52,535 nucleotides of DNA from a virus (taxonomy: Duplodnaviria > Caudoviricetes): IMG/VR virus record IMGVR_UViG_3300047510_002055, positions 1 through 52,535 of that record. One strand, given 5' to 3'. The notes beneath the pieces were generated by a model. That model searched no databases and was not told where the DNA came from. It saw nothing but the letters and a program-made list of their open reading frames with translations. Shown piece by piece: positions 27,803 through 36,894 of the stretch (positions are counted from its first letter, which is position 1; each line of letters begins with the position of its first letter). A program made the translations under genes and the position numbers.

Positions 27803-28912
27803 TTACCCGTGAAGTTCTTCAAATCGTTCTTGTAACCAGTTCCAATCCACCGTTTTTTGTAATTCATCTGGATTCTTTACATACTGTTCTGCGTACTGTA
27901 TACCGTCTTCCGCACCCTTCAATACCCACTCTGCGTTCGGACCTTCGGCAAAGGCGGTCCATCGTTGTAACCACAAATATGCATCTGGGGTATGTGCCGT
28001 AGATAATTTAACTGCTTCACGAAATGCAGTTCTCCAGGCTTCAAATGGTGACGTTGCAAAATATGCCTCACTAACCTTCATTGGAATAGTAACGGTCTTG
28101 CTGAATTGTGTGAAATCCAATCCGAAGTTTTTTGGAGTATTTAACACCAAATGACTATTGTAACAGACAATACCCATATGCCCATACTCTAAACGATTAC
28201 TCATATTTTTTGCATGAAATACTATATGAGCATCTGTAACCGTTTCAACTGGATAATTAAATACATTTAAATCAGTTATGTAATTTTTACCAGTTACTAC
28301 AAAGAATTGCCTTACGTCCTTAGCTAAATCAACACAACGATGGAACATCTTTCTTCGTCCATCTATTCCATCTATACGAATTGCACGTGGATATAAGCTG
28401 GTTAGATGCTTCCAATTTTCATCTGCGTTACTTTCTCCATTACTGACAAAGAACACAGGAACATTTTTGTCTTTTGGTCTTTTTGCCGTTGGTACAGTTA
28501 GCACTGCAGATGCTGGATTGACTTCAACAATCATTTTTTCTGACCACTTCCACGGGTCATCACTTTCTTTCTTCATCTTTTCAATAATCTTCCGTTCTCC
28601 CGCCCACCCTGCAATAAACACTTGTTCAGAATCTTTACGAACGACAAACAATACTGGACCGGAAATATGTTCCCAAGAAACTCCATTAATACACCTATAC
28701 AGTTTCTTTTCTGCAAGAGGTTGGTCAACGATCTGAACATAATCGAATACCGATAGTTCTTTTTCACCTGCTTGTGCCCACCCACCAGCGTCTTTCACCG
28801 TTTCCATATAGTCGGTAAACCATCCCAAACTACGTACCCACGGTTTGGTTTCGACTACCCAATATTTCTTAAAGAGGTCACTGTGTGCCAACCACGATTC
28901 GTTATTTAGCAT
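27803..28912 (-). CDS. Putative glycosyltransferase-like protein (divergent GT-A) with extra N-terminal domain
   Basis: 'VFFVSNGESNADENW...RIDGIDG...FFVVTGKN...LEYGHMG...SPFEAWRTAFREAVKL'. No canonical DxD is visible. Confidence 0.45.
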   Translation of the reverse strand: MLNNESWLAHSDLFKKYWVVETKPWVRSLGWFTDYMETVKDAGGWAQAGEKELSVFDYVQIVDQPLAEKKLYRCINGVSWEHISGPVLFVVRKDSEQVFIAGWAGERKIIEKMKKESDDPWKWSEKMIVEVNPASAVLTVPTAKRPKDKNVPVFFVSNGESNADENWKHLTSLYPRAIRIDGIDGRRKMFHRCVDLAKDVRQFFVVTGKNYITDLNVFNYPVETVTDAHIVFHAKNMSNRLEYGHMGIVCYNSHLVLNTPKNFGLDFTQFSKTVTIPMKVSEAYFATSPFEAWRTAFREAVKLSTAHTPDAYLWLQRWTAFAEGPNAEWVLKGAEDGIQYAEQYVKNPDELQKTVDWNWLQERFEELHG

Positions 28913-29618
28913 TCTTCTTTACCTTTTTTGTAGGTTTTGTTTTTTCTAAATGACGTTTTACCCGTTGTTCGTCATTGGTACCGATACTTGGACCAAAAGC
29001 CCATTGTCCTACATGACGGACCTGAAAACTAAGATTCATATCTACTAGTATTTTATATCCTGCGTTACGTAACTTACCTTGAAAATAAAAATCTTCACCA
29101 TGCCAGTCTCCGTCCTTAAACTCAAAATTGAAATATGGACGATTGATTTTAGTTAAGACTTCTGTTTTCATCAACATACATCCCATTCCAATACCTTCGA
29201 CTTCTTGTAACTCTTGGTCGGCTTCCAGAGGTAACCAGTTTTCCCAATCTTCACGTTCTGGATATGCTACTGTTTGAAGCGGGACTGACCGTTTCATATA
29301 ATTAGAACAGACAATATCGACGTTATGTCCCATCAACCGCATAGCAGTGGTACTGGGGAACATCATATCGGAATCTAACCACAATGCATAATCCGCGTTT
29401 ATCGCAAGTGCCTGTCGTGCTAACTTCTCACGTTGAGACAAGAGAATGGTACTTTGGTCATATATTACGTGTACATCAATACCTGCCATCGTAGTGGTCT
29501 TAACCAACTCCACCAATGATGCGGTAAACAAACTGTAGGTATATTCTCTGCATGGGACCAGAATTGCTAATTTCGTTGGTCTGGTTTGCCAAATCGTCAA
29601 ATCGTAAATATTTTTCAT
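28902..29618 (-). CDS. Glycosyltransferase, GT-A fold (GT2-like)
   Basis: 'LWLDSDMMFP' (DxD), 'GIGMGCMLMK', 'GEDFYF' and 'VRHVG'. Confidence 0.8.
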   Translation of the reverse strand: MKNIYDLTIWQTRPTKLAILVPCREYTYSLFTASLVELVKTTTMAGIDVHVIYDQSTILLSQREKLARQALAINADYALWLDSDMMFPSTTAMRLMGHNVDIVCSNYMKRSVPLQTVAYPEREDWENWLPLEADQELQEVEGIGMGCMLMKTEVLTKINRPYFNFEFKDGDWHGEDFYFQGKLRNAGYKILVDMNLSFQVRHVGQWAFGPSIGTNDEQRVKRHLEKTKPTKKVKKNAK

Positions 29619-30076
29619 ACGCCAGCCACTCCAGATGCAGCTAATGTTGCTGCTTGGCTGGTGATTTCACGAATCATAGTGACAATTTCTTGTACTCGTT
29701 TGACAAAGAGTTGATAATCTGCCAATGGAAACTGTGTGACAGTATTTAATGTATCGATACTGTATTTATCGAAGATGAGTATTTCCATAGCCCCTTGACG
29801 TGCCCATTTTTCGATTAACGCAAATCGTGTCGTTTGCGTTTCACCGTTTAATAAGTTCAATAAATGTTGGGGATTATGTTGGGCGAGAATACCTTCTAAG
29901 AACTTAATACGTTCCGGCCATTCACCCTTTTCTTTAAGATATTGTAATTCATATAGTAATTCAATCAATACCTTTTTGTCATATCCAATAGAAACCCATC
30001 GGACGTACTTTTCTTCGTATTCCGATGGGTTAGTATTAATTGCTGCCAATAATGTATCAAACGTTATGTGTTCCAT
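29615..30076 (-). CDS. Hypothetical helical protein, first gene of the enzyme cluster
   Basis: ATG with AAGGGG RBS; ATGA overlap with the glycosyltransferase gene. Confidence 0.7.
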   Translation of the reverse strand: MEHITFDTLLAAINTNPSEYEEKYVRWVSIGYDKKVLIELLYELQYLKEKGEWPERIKFLEGILAQHNPQHLLNLLNGETQTTRFALIEKWARQGAMEILIFDKYSIDTLNTVTQFPLADYQLFVKRVQEIVTMIREITSQAATLAASGVAGV

Positions 30077-30109
30077 AATATGTAACCCCTTATTAAATAA
30101 CCGTACTTA

Positions 30110-30138
30110 AATATATATTATACTACTAAATTTGTCAA
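30110..30138 (-). promoter_or_regulatory. Sigma70-like promoter TTGACA-N17-TATATT
   Basis: Perfect -35 (30138-30133), 17-nt spacer and -10 TATATT (30115-30110), about 34 nt before the first cluster gene. Confidence 0.7.
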
Positions 30139-30147
30139 GTCCCCAAA

Positions 30148-30348
30148 TTAATATGTATTTGGGGTAGTTCTTCCACCTAATCTAGTAGAGAATGGGAATG
30201 GTTGAAGTGTTAATGTAGGAGCGCCATATGGGTTTGCATTCGCAGCGCCTCCAAGACCCGCACTTAAGGTTATTTGCCCACTTAACCCGTATGCGTTTCT
30301 GGCTCGTCCCATCGAAATTTCCGACCCCGTATTTGGTATAATACCCAT
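30148..30348 (-). CDS. Small Gly/Ser/Thr-rich protein (66 aa), putative virion component or modification substrate
   Basis: ATG with AGGA RBS and its own late motif upstream. Confidence 0.7.
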   Translation of the reverse strand: MGIIPNTGSEISMGRARNAYGLSGQITLSAGLGGAANANPYGAPTLTLQPFPFSTRLGGRTTPNTY

Positions 30349-30384
30349 AGTTTATCCTATTAACCCTGTATAATTCCCTACTAA

Positions 30385-30394
30385 TATAAATATT
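30385..30394 (-). promoter_or_regulatory. Putative late-promoter motif (AATATTTATA)
   Basis: Intergenic, about 37 nt upstream of the ATG at 30348. Confidence 0.5.
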
Positions 30395-30406
30395 TGAATG
30401 ATACTC

Positions 30407-31528
30407 CTAAAGTCCGAATCTGTGACGCAATGCTTGATAAGCTGTGTTTATTTCTTCTGCCGATAACACCCGATTATAGATATATAAACATCCAATATGA
30501 GAATTACTAAATTCTGAGTTTCCTGGACCGTACATTCCAATAGAAAGGTTATATGGACCAGCACTTCCTGCGTTGTTAGAAACCGCTTGCACACCATTTA
30601 CATACAGTTGCCAAGTATCTGTAGATGTGTTTCCCGTTGTTGCGTATATTCTCCAATTTGTGTCACTTGCACCGGCAGATACACTTGATACCCATCCTTC
30701 GGCGTAATGATTTTCTGTGTTTCCACCCCAATGTCCCATTAACCAATTATTATTTAATGCAGAAAATGTTCTTCCCCCAACTGTATTATATCTTGCGGCA
30801 CCAATAATCGTATATGTTCCACTACGTAAATCTTGAAGGATTCTAATATAATCATTTGACCCATCAAGAACTAGTATCCCTTGATTTGCACTGGAATACG
30901 TTACTCCATTAACAGGAACAGCGTGTATAGAATTTGTTAATAAATTTTTTTGATTAGGATACGTTCCTTCTTCCATCTTTATATTTGCGTAATACCTATA
31001 TCCATTATGAGATGATTGACCATACCCTAGATACCAATTAAAACTATTACTATAATCACTAGGTGTCGTGATAGTTGTATATACATAACTCCAAGTTAAT
31101 GCGCCAACCACTTGTGTTTTGATTGTGGTGCCAATTCCCGTACCCAGTGCTACGTTATTACCAGATGTAGAAAATGCACGACAATGAAACATGGTATCTG
31201 CCCCATTATAATCCGCACTCTTGGCATACCAACCACTTAACACGTAAGTAGTGTTAGAAACTAGTTCGGTGCTAAGGTTAAGTTGGTATTCTGTGAAATT
31301 ACCATTTTGTCGTAGTACATAAGGTGAGTAATTACTTGGATTTGCTAACAATACAATATCATTTGTTGGGTTACTACCTCCTTCATAGGATGACCCCGCA
31401 CCACCTAAAAAACTTGTAGTAGTACCAAACTTATTACTAGAGAATAATCCAAAATTAGCATCTGACGCAGGGTCATATGCTGCAATCAATCCACTTGTAG
31501 GTATCCGTGTACCAACTTGTGTTCCCAC
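30407..31528 (-). CDS. LamG/concanavalin A-like lectin-domain virion protein with inserted carbohydrate-binding-like module
   Basis: 'SGLIAAYD', 'LDGSNDYI', 'QLYVNG' and 'IYNRVLSAEEI...YQALRHRFGL'. GTG start. Confidence 0.75.
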   Translation of the reverse strand: MGTQVGTRIPTSGLIAAYDPASDANFGLFSSNKFGTTTSFLGGAGSSYEGGSNPTNDIVLLANPSNYSPYVLRQNGNFTEYQLNLSTELVSNTTYVLSGWYAKSADYNGADTMFHCRAFSTSGNNVALGTGIGTTIKTQVVGALTWSYVYTTITTPSDYSNSFNWYLGYGQSSHNGYRYYANIKMEEGTYPNQKNLLTNSIHAVPVNGVTYSSANQGILVLDGSNDYIRILQDLRSGTYTIIGAARYNTVGGRTFSALNNNWLMGHWGGNTENHYAEGWVSSVSAGASDTNWRIYATTGNTSTDTWQLYVNGVQAVSNNAGSAGPYNLSIGMYGPGNSEFSNSHIGCLYIYNRVLSAEEINTAYQALRHRFGL

Positions 31529-31529
31529 G

Positions 31530-31868
31530 TTACTCGCCGGCTGGGTAATCTATTGGACGTGACCATTCTTCTCCACTTAAAATTTCTAAAATTTGTTCGT
31601 GGGTATATTCTGGATAACTTTCATTATAAATTGATGGACGACCGTATGTGCCTGCGGGAGTGGTAACAGTCATTGGTTCCCCAGTTTCCGCATTGGTAAA
31701 CGTTTGTACCACATCTTCCTCATATATCACCAAATCATATTTCACAAATGTTTTGGTCCCATCAACAGAATATCGCAAGGTATCCTTTGATGTTTCATGA
31801 ACTTGGGAAAAATTAATATCATCTACGATAGATGATGGAATGACTAAATATTTTCTGGTTTCATACAT
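31530..31868 (-). CDS. Hypothetical phage protein associated with lectin/fibre genes
   Basis: Tightly packed between LamG genes; 'INFSQVHETSKDTLRYSVDGTKTFVKY...YTHEQILEILSGEEW'. Confidence 0.65.
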   Translation of the reverse strand: MYETRKYLVIPSSIVDDINFSQVHETSKDTLRYSVDGTKTFVKYDLVIYEEDVVQTFTNAETGEPMTVTTPAGTYGRPSIYNESYPEYTHEQILEILSGEEWSRPIDYPAGE

Positions 31869-31870
31869 AG

Positions 31871-33115
31871 TTATACTCCAAATCTTGCTCGGGTTGCTTC
31901 AAAGTTTTGTTGTACTTGTGTCGCTGATAGTGCTGTGCTATATATTTTTACTAATGGTACTCTACCTGAAAAATATCGTGAAGAATCTAAATGAAATCCT
32001 CGACCAATCGACGCAGCACCGAATGTTGTTAAAAATCCTTGAGGTGATGAGACACCAGTTTGTATGGTAGACCCGTTTAAATATATTGCAATCGTTCCGT
32101 TATTGTTTACCCACGTTGCATTATACCATGTATTAGCAGAAATACTGAATGTGTTGGTATACTGATAGAAGCTATTGCTATTAGTTACTCCAGACCAAAG
32201 CCAATTTGCAGTACCATCACTAAACTGTTCTAATCGTGGTCCAACATTTCCTGTGTTTGCGTAGTTACCATAATTCATATCCAGTATATTTCTATAATTG
32301 GTAACGCTTGTAGAATAGAACCATACATCTATTGTTTGGAAATTTCCTATAGTACCTAAATTACCCAAACTAACATAGTCATTACTACCGTCAAATACTA
32401 TACTTCCACCATTATTACTATCATAGGTAGGACCATTTGTTAGTGTACCGGTATATCCACCAATATTATCCGTCCAGTTACCAGAATTTGTAGAATTATA
32501 CGTAGTGATGTGTTTTACATCTGGGACGGTACTACCTGCCACCAGGGATACTCTGTCCACATACACTCTGTCCCAAGTAGCATATTGATAGTAAAACAAA
32601 TAGAGTATCATGGTATTGGTACTGGGTTGCGTCGTGAATTGTCCCCAAGCATAATACCACCCATCACCTAGATGTATACGATTACTATCATTGTGAACGC
32701 CTCCTTCGGTTACATATGTACTGGAATTCACGTATTCGTAACGGTACATGAAATTTGGGTGCGTATATCCTGTGGTGGTTTTGTAAATCAACGAATAGGT
32801 GTATGTAGTACTTCCACTAACACTCACCCACCCATCATGATAATAAAATAAACTAGGACAACAATCCCCAGACCCCCCATTATAATCATTCCAGTGGTCA
32901 GCATATTTTACTGTTCGTTTTCCCACTTGAGGAATATCTACAACTTCTGTTCCTTGTGTGTATTTGTAAGTTGATGTATTAGTATTGGAACGATTATAAT
33001 TCACTCCTCTAGCTAAATTAGTTCGTGCAACGCCTTGAAAACTTCTAATACTAGCAGCATCATATACTGCTACTAATCCGTCACGTACAATATTAGGTGA
33101 GTTAATAATACCCAT
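31871..33115 (-). CDS. LamG/concanavalin A-like lectin-domain virion protein
   Basis: 'PNIVRDGLVAVYDA', 'GTLTNGPTY...FDGSNDYV', 'IYLNG' and 'IYSTALSATQVQQNFEATRARFGV'. Confidence 0.8.
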   Translation of the reverse strand: MGIINSPNIVRDGLVAVYDAASIRSFQGVARTNLARGVNYNRSNTNTSTYKYTQGTEVVDIPQVGKRTVKYADHWNDYNGGSGDCCPSLFYYHDGWVSVSGSTTYTYSLIYKTTTGYTHPNFMYRYEYVNSSTYVTEGGVHNDSNRIHLGDGWYYAWGQFTTQPSTNTMILYLFYYQYATWDRVYVDRVSLVAGSTVPDVKHITTYNSTNSGNWTDNIGGYTGTLTNGPTYDSNNGGSIVFDGSNDYVSLGNLGTIGNFQTIDVWFYSTSVTNYRNILDMNYGNYANTGNVGPRLEQFSDGTANWLWSGVTNSNSFYQYTNTFSISANTWYNATWVNNNGTIAIYLNGSTIQTGVSSPQGFLTTFGAASIGRGFHLDSSRYFSGRVPLVKIYSTALSATQVQQNFEATRARFGV

Positions 33116-33831
33116 TAGACAGTAAACCTATCTCGTAAAGCGTTATAATTTTGTAAAATTTGTGCTTGTGTCAAGTGTCCATCATAGTATAAAAATACAG
33201 CAATCTTTCCCCAGTATTGTGAACTGGTTCCTACTGCGGTGCTACCATCGTGATATCCACCAATTACGCAAAATCCATTATTAAATGTAGAATTTGCATT
33301 AGTAATTGTATATTCTGTTCCCGATGCGTTCCACTGAAAACTATAGTACGGTGATGTTTGTGCCAGCTTCCATGTTAAACAGTTGAAATTAGTATACGTA
33401 TTTGGTATTGAAGTAACATCTACACCAGAATACAAATACCCCACTGAATTATTGTCGTACATTCCCAATCGGTTTGACCCTGCTTCTACAATTACTTGGT
33501 GGTCACTACTTGCTCCACGTATTAACGTTCTCCACGTAGATGTACTGTTCAAAATACTACTAAATACCATCACGGTTGCAGTTGGTGCGTTTGCTACATC
33601 GGTTAACGCACCTCCGACAACTTTTTTAGCAGTTCCATACGAACCTTCAAAATTCATATGGGCCACTCCGCCTGCAGTTGAGTATGCAGACGCATTTATT
33701 GTAAACGTATGACCGTTTCCGCTAATATCATACCACGATGTACCTGTACCTGGGTATGACCGTGTGTTTCCTGCGTCTAAACATAGTTTTAGTCCATTAG
33801 TTACAATATTGGGACTATAAATCGTTGCCAT
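33115..33831 (-). CDS. LamG-like lectin-domain virion protein
   Basis: 'PNIVTNGLKLCLDAGNTRSYPGTGTSWYDISGNG' and 'QILQNYNALRDRF'. Confidence 0.75.
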   Translation of the reverse strand: MATIYSPNIVTNGLKLCLDAGNTRSYPGTGTSWYDISGNGHTFTINASAYSTAGGVAHMNFEGSYGTAKKVVGGALTDVANAPTATVMVFSSILNSTSTWRTLIRGASSDHQVIVEAGSNRLGMYDNNSVGYLYSGVDVTSIPNTYTNFNCLTWKLAQTSPYYSFQWNASGTEYTITNANSTFNNGFCVIGGYHDGSTAVGTSSQYWGKIAVFLYYDGHLTQAQILQNYNALRDRFTV

Positions 33832-33835
33832 TCCA

Positions 33836-36800
33836 TTAACCCTTTAAAATATGTTTCTTCAATTCATCAATTTCATCTTGTTGTTTCTTAATTGCTTCAA
33901 TTAACACAGGGACTAACTTTGCGTAGTCCACGGTGAGATAATTATTTCCAGTCTTCGATGTGACTTCACCATTTTCTGATTTGACGGTATCGAATGGTGC
34001 AAGTTTGACCACTTCGGGGAGTACTGCTTGTACTTCTTGTGCACTTAACCCCACTTGGACATTATCGTTGAAATAACCGAAGTCTTTTGCGGTTTGGTTC
34101 CCGACATACTTAAATCCATTCAATGATTTTACAATCTTCATTGGGTCTTCAAAGGTTCCCACTTTGGTCTTTAATCGTTCGTCAGAATAGTATGCGGTGA
34201 TTTCAGATGTTGCTCTGATTTCACCCGTAACCGTAAAGACGTTGGTTGATGCAGCATCTGCTTGTAAGATGGGTACACCCGAAATGTCATTGACTGAGAA
34301 TACCGTTCCCGTCAAACTATCGGTGACTGCGAACAACTGACCAGATGTGCCACGAACGTCAAATTTTGCGGTTGGCGTTGAGGTACCGACGCCGACGTTA
34401 CCAGCCGCCGTAATGCGTAGTTTTTCTGATTTTGTGTTTGCATTTTCTGTTACGAACGCCATATCAGAAGTTGCACTTGCCATTCTAATCCCAACGATTC
34501 TTGCTACCGCTCTTCCGCTGTTTCCACTAACTTGAAGATTTAGTTGTGCAAAACTGTTCACCGTTTCATTTTGATTGGTAACAGTTATACCCGCACCACT
34601 TCCATATTGTCCAGTATCAGATGTAGCGTCAAACGCAGTAGCACTATCTCTCCGAACCTGTAGCGCATCGAGCGGAGCTGTTGTTCCAATACCTACACTT
34701 CCTCCAAGTGTAAATAGTCCATCTTGACTAAATTGAAACTGTGATGCGGCTGCAGTTGCAGTTCCAAAATGTATTCCTAAAGTATCTGTAGTACTTCCTA
34801 CTAAACCAGCTGTACCTTGAAAATAACTTAACCCGTATCCATCTGCATTACCAAAACTCCAAATTCTGTTTCTGGCATTACTTGCATATGTTGCAGTTTG
34901 AAATCCTGTACCCGAGCTTACTATTCCCCCAACCGAGAGGGTTGTACCACTAAACGTAAGATTTGCATCACTCGTTAAAGTAGTTGCTCCAGAGAATAAT
35001 GCTACTCTGTTTGCTGCGCCACCACTAATCGTTCCTGCACCGGACGTACCACTCGTTCCATTTGCCCCAGAGGTACCACTCGTTCCATTTGCCCCAGACG
35101 TACCCGATGTACCGCTTACTCCAGAAGTTCCGTTAGCTCCAGAGGTACCCGATGTACCGTTAGCTCCAGACGTACCTGATGTTCCGCTTGCTCCAGAAGT
35201 ACCGGAAGAACCACTACTACCCGAACTACCTGAACTACCTGAACTGCCCGATGTTCCGTTAGCTCCCGAAGTTCCCGATGTACCAGCTGTTCCCGATGTA
35301 CCAGCGGGAGTTAATGCGAATGATGCGGTACCAAAGAACCCAACACCATTTGAAATTGAACTGGTGAACGAAGATGCTGATACGGTACCTGCGACAGTAA
35401 TTTGTGACCCATTATCAGTGATAATAGAATCACTAAGATGTTCTGCATTTTGACTCTTTGGAATTCTATTTGTAGTTAAAGTAAGTTCATTACCAACACT
35501 ATCAAATGTTTGTGGACCCATCATAAATACAGATGAGGTAACTCCTGCACCCGCTGCTTGTTGGTGAATGAATATCCATTCGTCCTTGAGAGAATCAAAG
35601 AATATTGAACCACTTACTTTTGGTGATGAACCAGAGTCAATTACCGATAGACCACCGAATCTTGTACCAGGTGCTAACGTGTTAACGGTAATAACATTGG
35701 TACCAACATCTAAGGTACTTTGAGAAATGAAACTAATTGATGATGAACCGAATACTGTAAGGTTTTGACTGATGAACAACGAACCAGTAATGGTTTGGTT
35801 TGCAGTAAAGGTATTTGACCCCGTGGTTGCATATGACCCAGTGACGTTTTCCAATGCGGTCAATCGGTTGTTTTGACCAACATCAATCGTCGCAAGAGAA
35901 CTACTAAAGGTTGTATAGTTCGTTGTTGCAGTGATATCAACTTGACTTGAAGCAGACACCGTTCCTACTGGGAGTTGTGTACTACTACTAATGGTTCCCG
36001 TAGGTAAGAACGCGGTAACTTGTGCACTACTGGATACTGTATTTGCGGGAAGAAGTGCGGTTACTTGACCACTACTACTGACTATGCCAACAGAGATATT
36101 ACTAATATCAGCGTATTGAATTTGACTAGAAGCAGATACGGTACCTGCTGGTAATTGTGCTGATGACGAGACAGTACCGCTAGGTAAGAATGCCGTGACT
36201 TGTGCTGAAGATGATACGGTATCTGTTGGGAGATATGTAGTAACTTGTGCCGAACTACTTGCTATTCCTGCGGGAATATTACTTAGCCCAGCATATGAGA
36301 CCTGACTTGATGCGGAAACGGTACCCGCAGGTAATTGTGCGGACGATGAGAAAGTACCTGCGGGTAGTAGTGCAGTTACTTGACCACTACTACTGACAAT
36401 ACCAGCAGGAATATTACTAATATCAGCGTATTGAACTTGACTAGAAGCGGATACTGTGCCTGCAGGAAGCGTTATTGTGACTGTGTTATCGGTTACTGTT
36501 GTGGTGATTCCACTAGCACCAATTACATTTAATGTATCGGTTTTAAGATTTAAGGTATCCCCGCCAGTAGACCCACTAAAAGTAAGTGTAGATGCGATTC
36601 CTGTTAATCCCGACCCATCACCAACAAACGACCCAGTAAACGAGCCTGTATTGATTTGTGCCGAACTACTGACCGTTCCTGCTGGTAGTCCCGATGTAAC
36701 TTGCGCAGAACTACTGACAGTCCCTGCGGGAAGTGAACTAACAATCTGTGCGGAACTAGAAACAACCCCACCACTCAATGCAGTAGTGGGGATACTTCCA

Positions 36801-36841
36801 CTTCGGATTAATATACCAGGAACGCGAGTATTTGAGGACAT
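33836..36841 (-). CDS. Tail fibre protein with C-terminal intramolecular chaperone (peptidase S74) domain
   Basis: 'VSSSAQ' repeats, a Gly-X-Y tract, 'GNVGVGTSTP' beta-repeats, and 'ITAYYSDERLK...GLSAQEVQAVLPE...VDYAKLVPVLIEAIK' followed by a coiled coil. Confidence 0.85.
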   Translation of the reverse strand: MSSNTRVPGILIRSGSIPTTALSGGVVSSSAQIVSSLPAGTVSSSAQVTSGLPAGTVSSSAQINTGSFTGSFVGDGSGLTGIASTLTFSGSTGGDTLNLKTDTLNVIGASGITTTVTDNTVTITLPAGTVSASSQVQYADISNIPAGIVSSSGQVTALLPAGTFSSSAQLPAGTVSASSQVSYAGLSNIPAGIASSSAQVTTYLPTDTVSSSAQVTAFLPSGTVSSSAQLPAGTVSASSQIQYADISNISVGIVSSSGQVTALLPANTVSSSAQVTAFLPTGTISSSTQLPVGTVSASSQVDITATTNYTTFSSSLATIDVGQNNRLTALENVTGSYATTGSNTFTANQTITGSLFISQNLTVFGSSSISFISQSTLDVGTNVITVNTLAPGTRFGGLSVIDSGSSPKVSGSIFFDSLKDEWIFIHQQAAGAGVTSSVFMMGPQTFDSVGNELTLTTNRIPKSQNAEHLSDSIITDNGSQITVAGTVSASSFTSSISNGVGFFGTASFALTPAGTSGTAGTSGTSGANGTSGSSGSSGSSGSSGSSGTSGASGTSGTSGANGTSGTSGANGTSGVSGTSGTSGANGTSGTSGANGTSGTSGAGTISGGAANRVALFSGATTLTSDANLTFSGTTLSVGGIVSSGTGFQTATYASNARNRIWSFGNADGYGLSYFQGTAGLVGSTTDTLGIHFGTATAAASQFQFSQDGLFTLGGSVGIGTTAPLDALQVRRDSATAFDATSDTGQYGSGAGITVTNQNETVNSFAQLNLQVSGNSGRAVARIVGIRMASATSDMAFVTENANTKSEKLRITAAGNVGVGTSTPTAKFDVRGTSGQLFAVTDSLTGTVFSVNDISGVPILQADAASTNVFTVTGEIRATSEITAYYSDERLKTKVGTFEDPMKIVKSLNGFKYVGNQTAKDFGYFNDNVQVGLSAQEVQAVLPEVVKLAPFDTVKSENGEVTSKTGNNYLTVDYAKLVPVLIEAIKKQQDEIDELKKHILKG
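35033..35302 (-). repeat. Collagen-like Gly-X-Y tract (about 30 triplets: GTS/GSS/GAN)
   Basis: Uninterrupted triplet periodicity in the translation; 9-bp degenerate DNA repeat. Confidence 0.9.
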
Positions 36842-36873
36842 ATTATCTCAAACTAAGGGTGAAACACTACTAA

Positions 36874-36883
36874 CATAAATATC
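36874..36883 (-). promoter_or_regulatory. Putative late-promoter motif (GATATTTATG)
   Basis: Intergenic, about 33 nt upstream of the ATG at 36841. Confidence 0.55.
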
Positions 36884-36894
36884 GTTTTTGACCA

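Noticed and set aside
6211-30076. Host LPS/capsule island or chimeric assembly
   Set aside because: The genes are co-oriented and tightly coupled with phage genes at both ends, a phage late-type motif occurs inside the block, and there are no flippase, polymerase, transporter, integrase or transposase genes.
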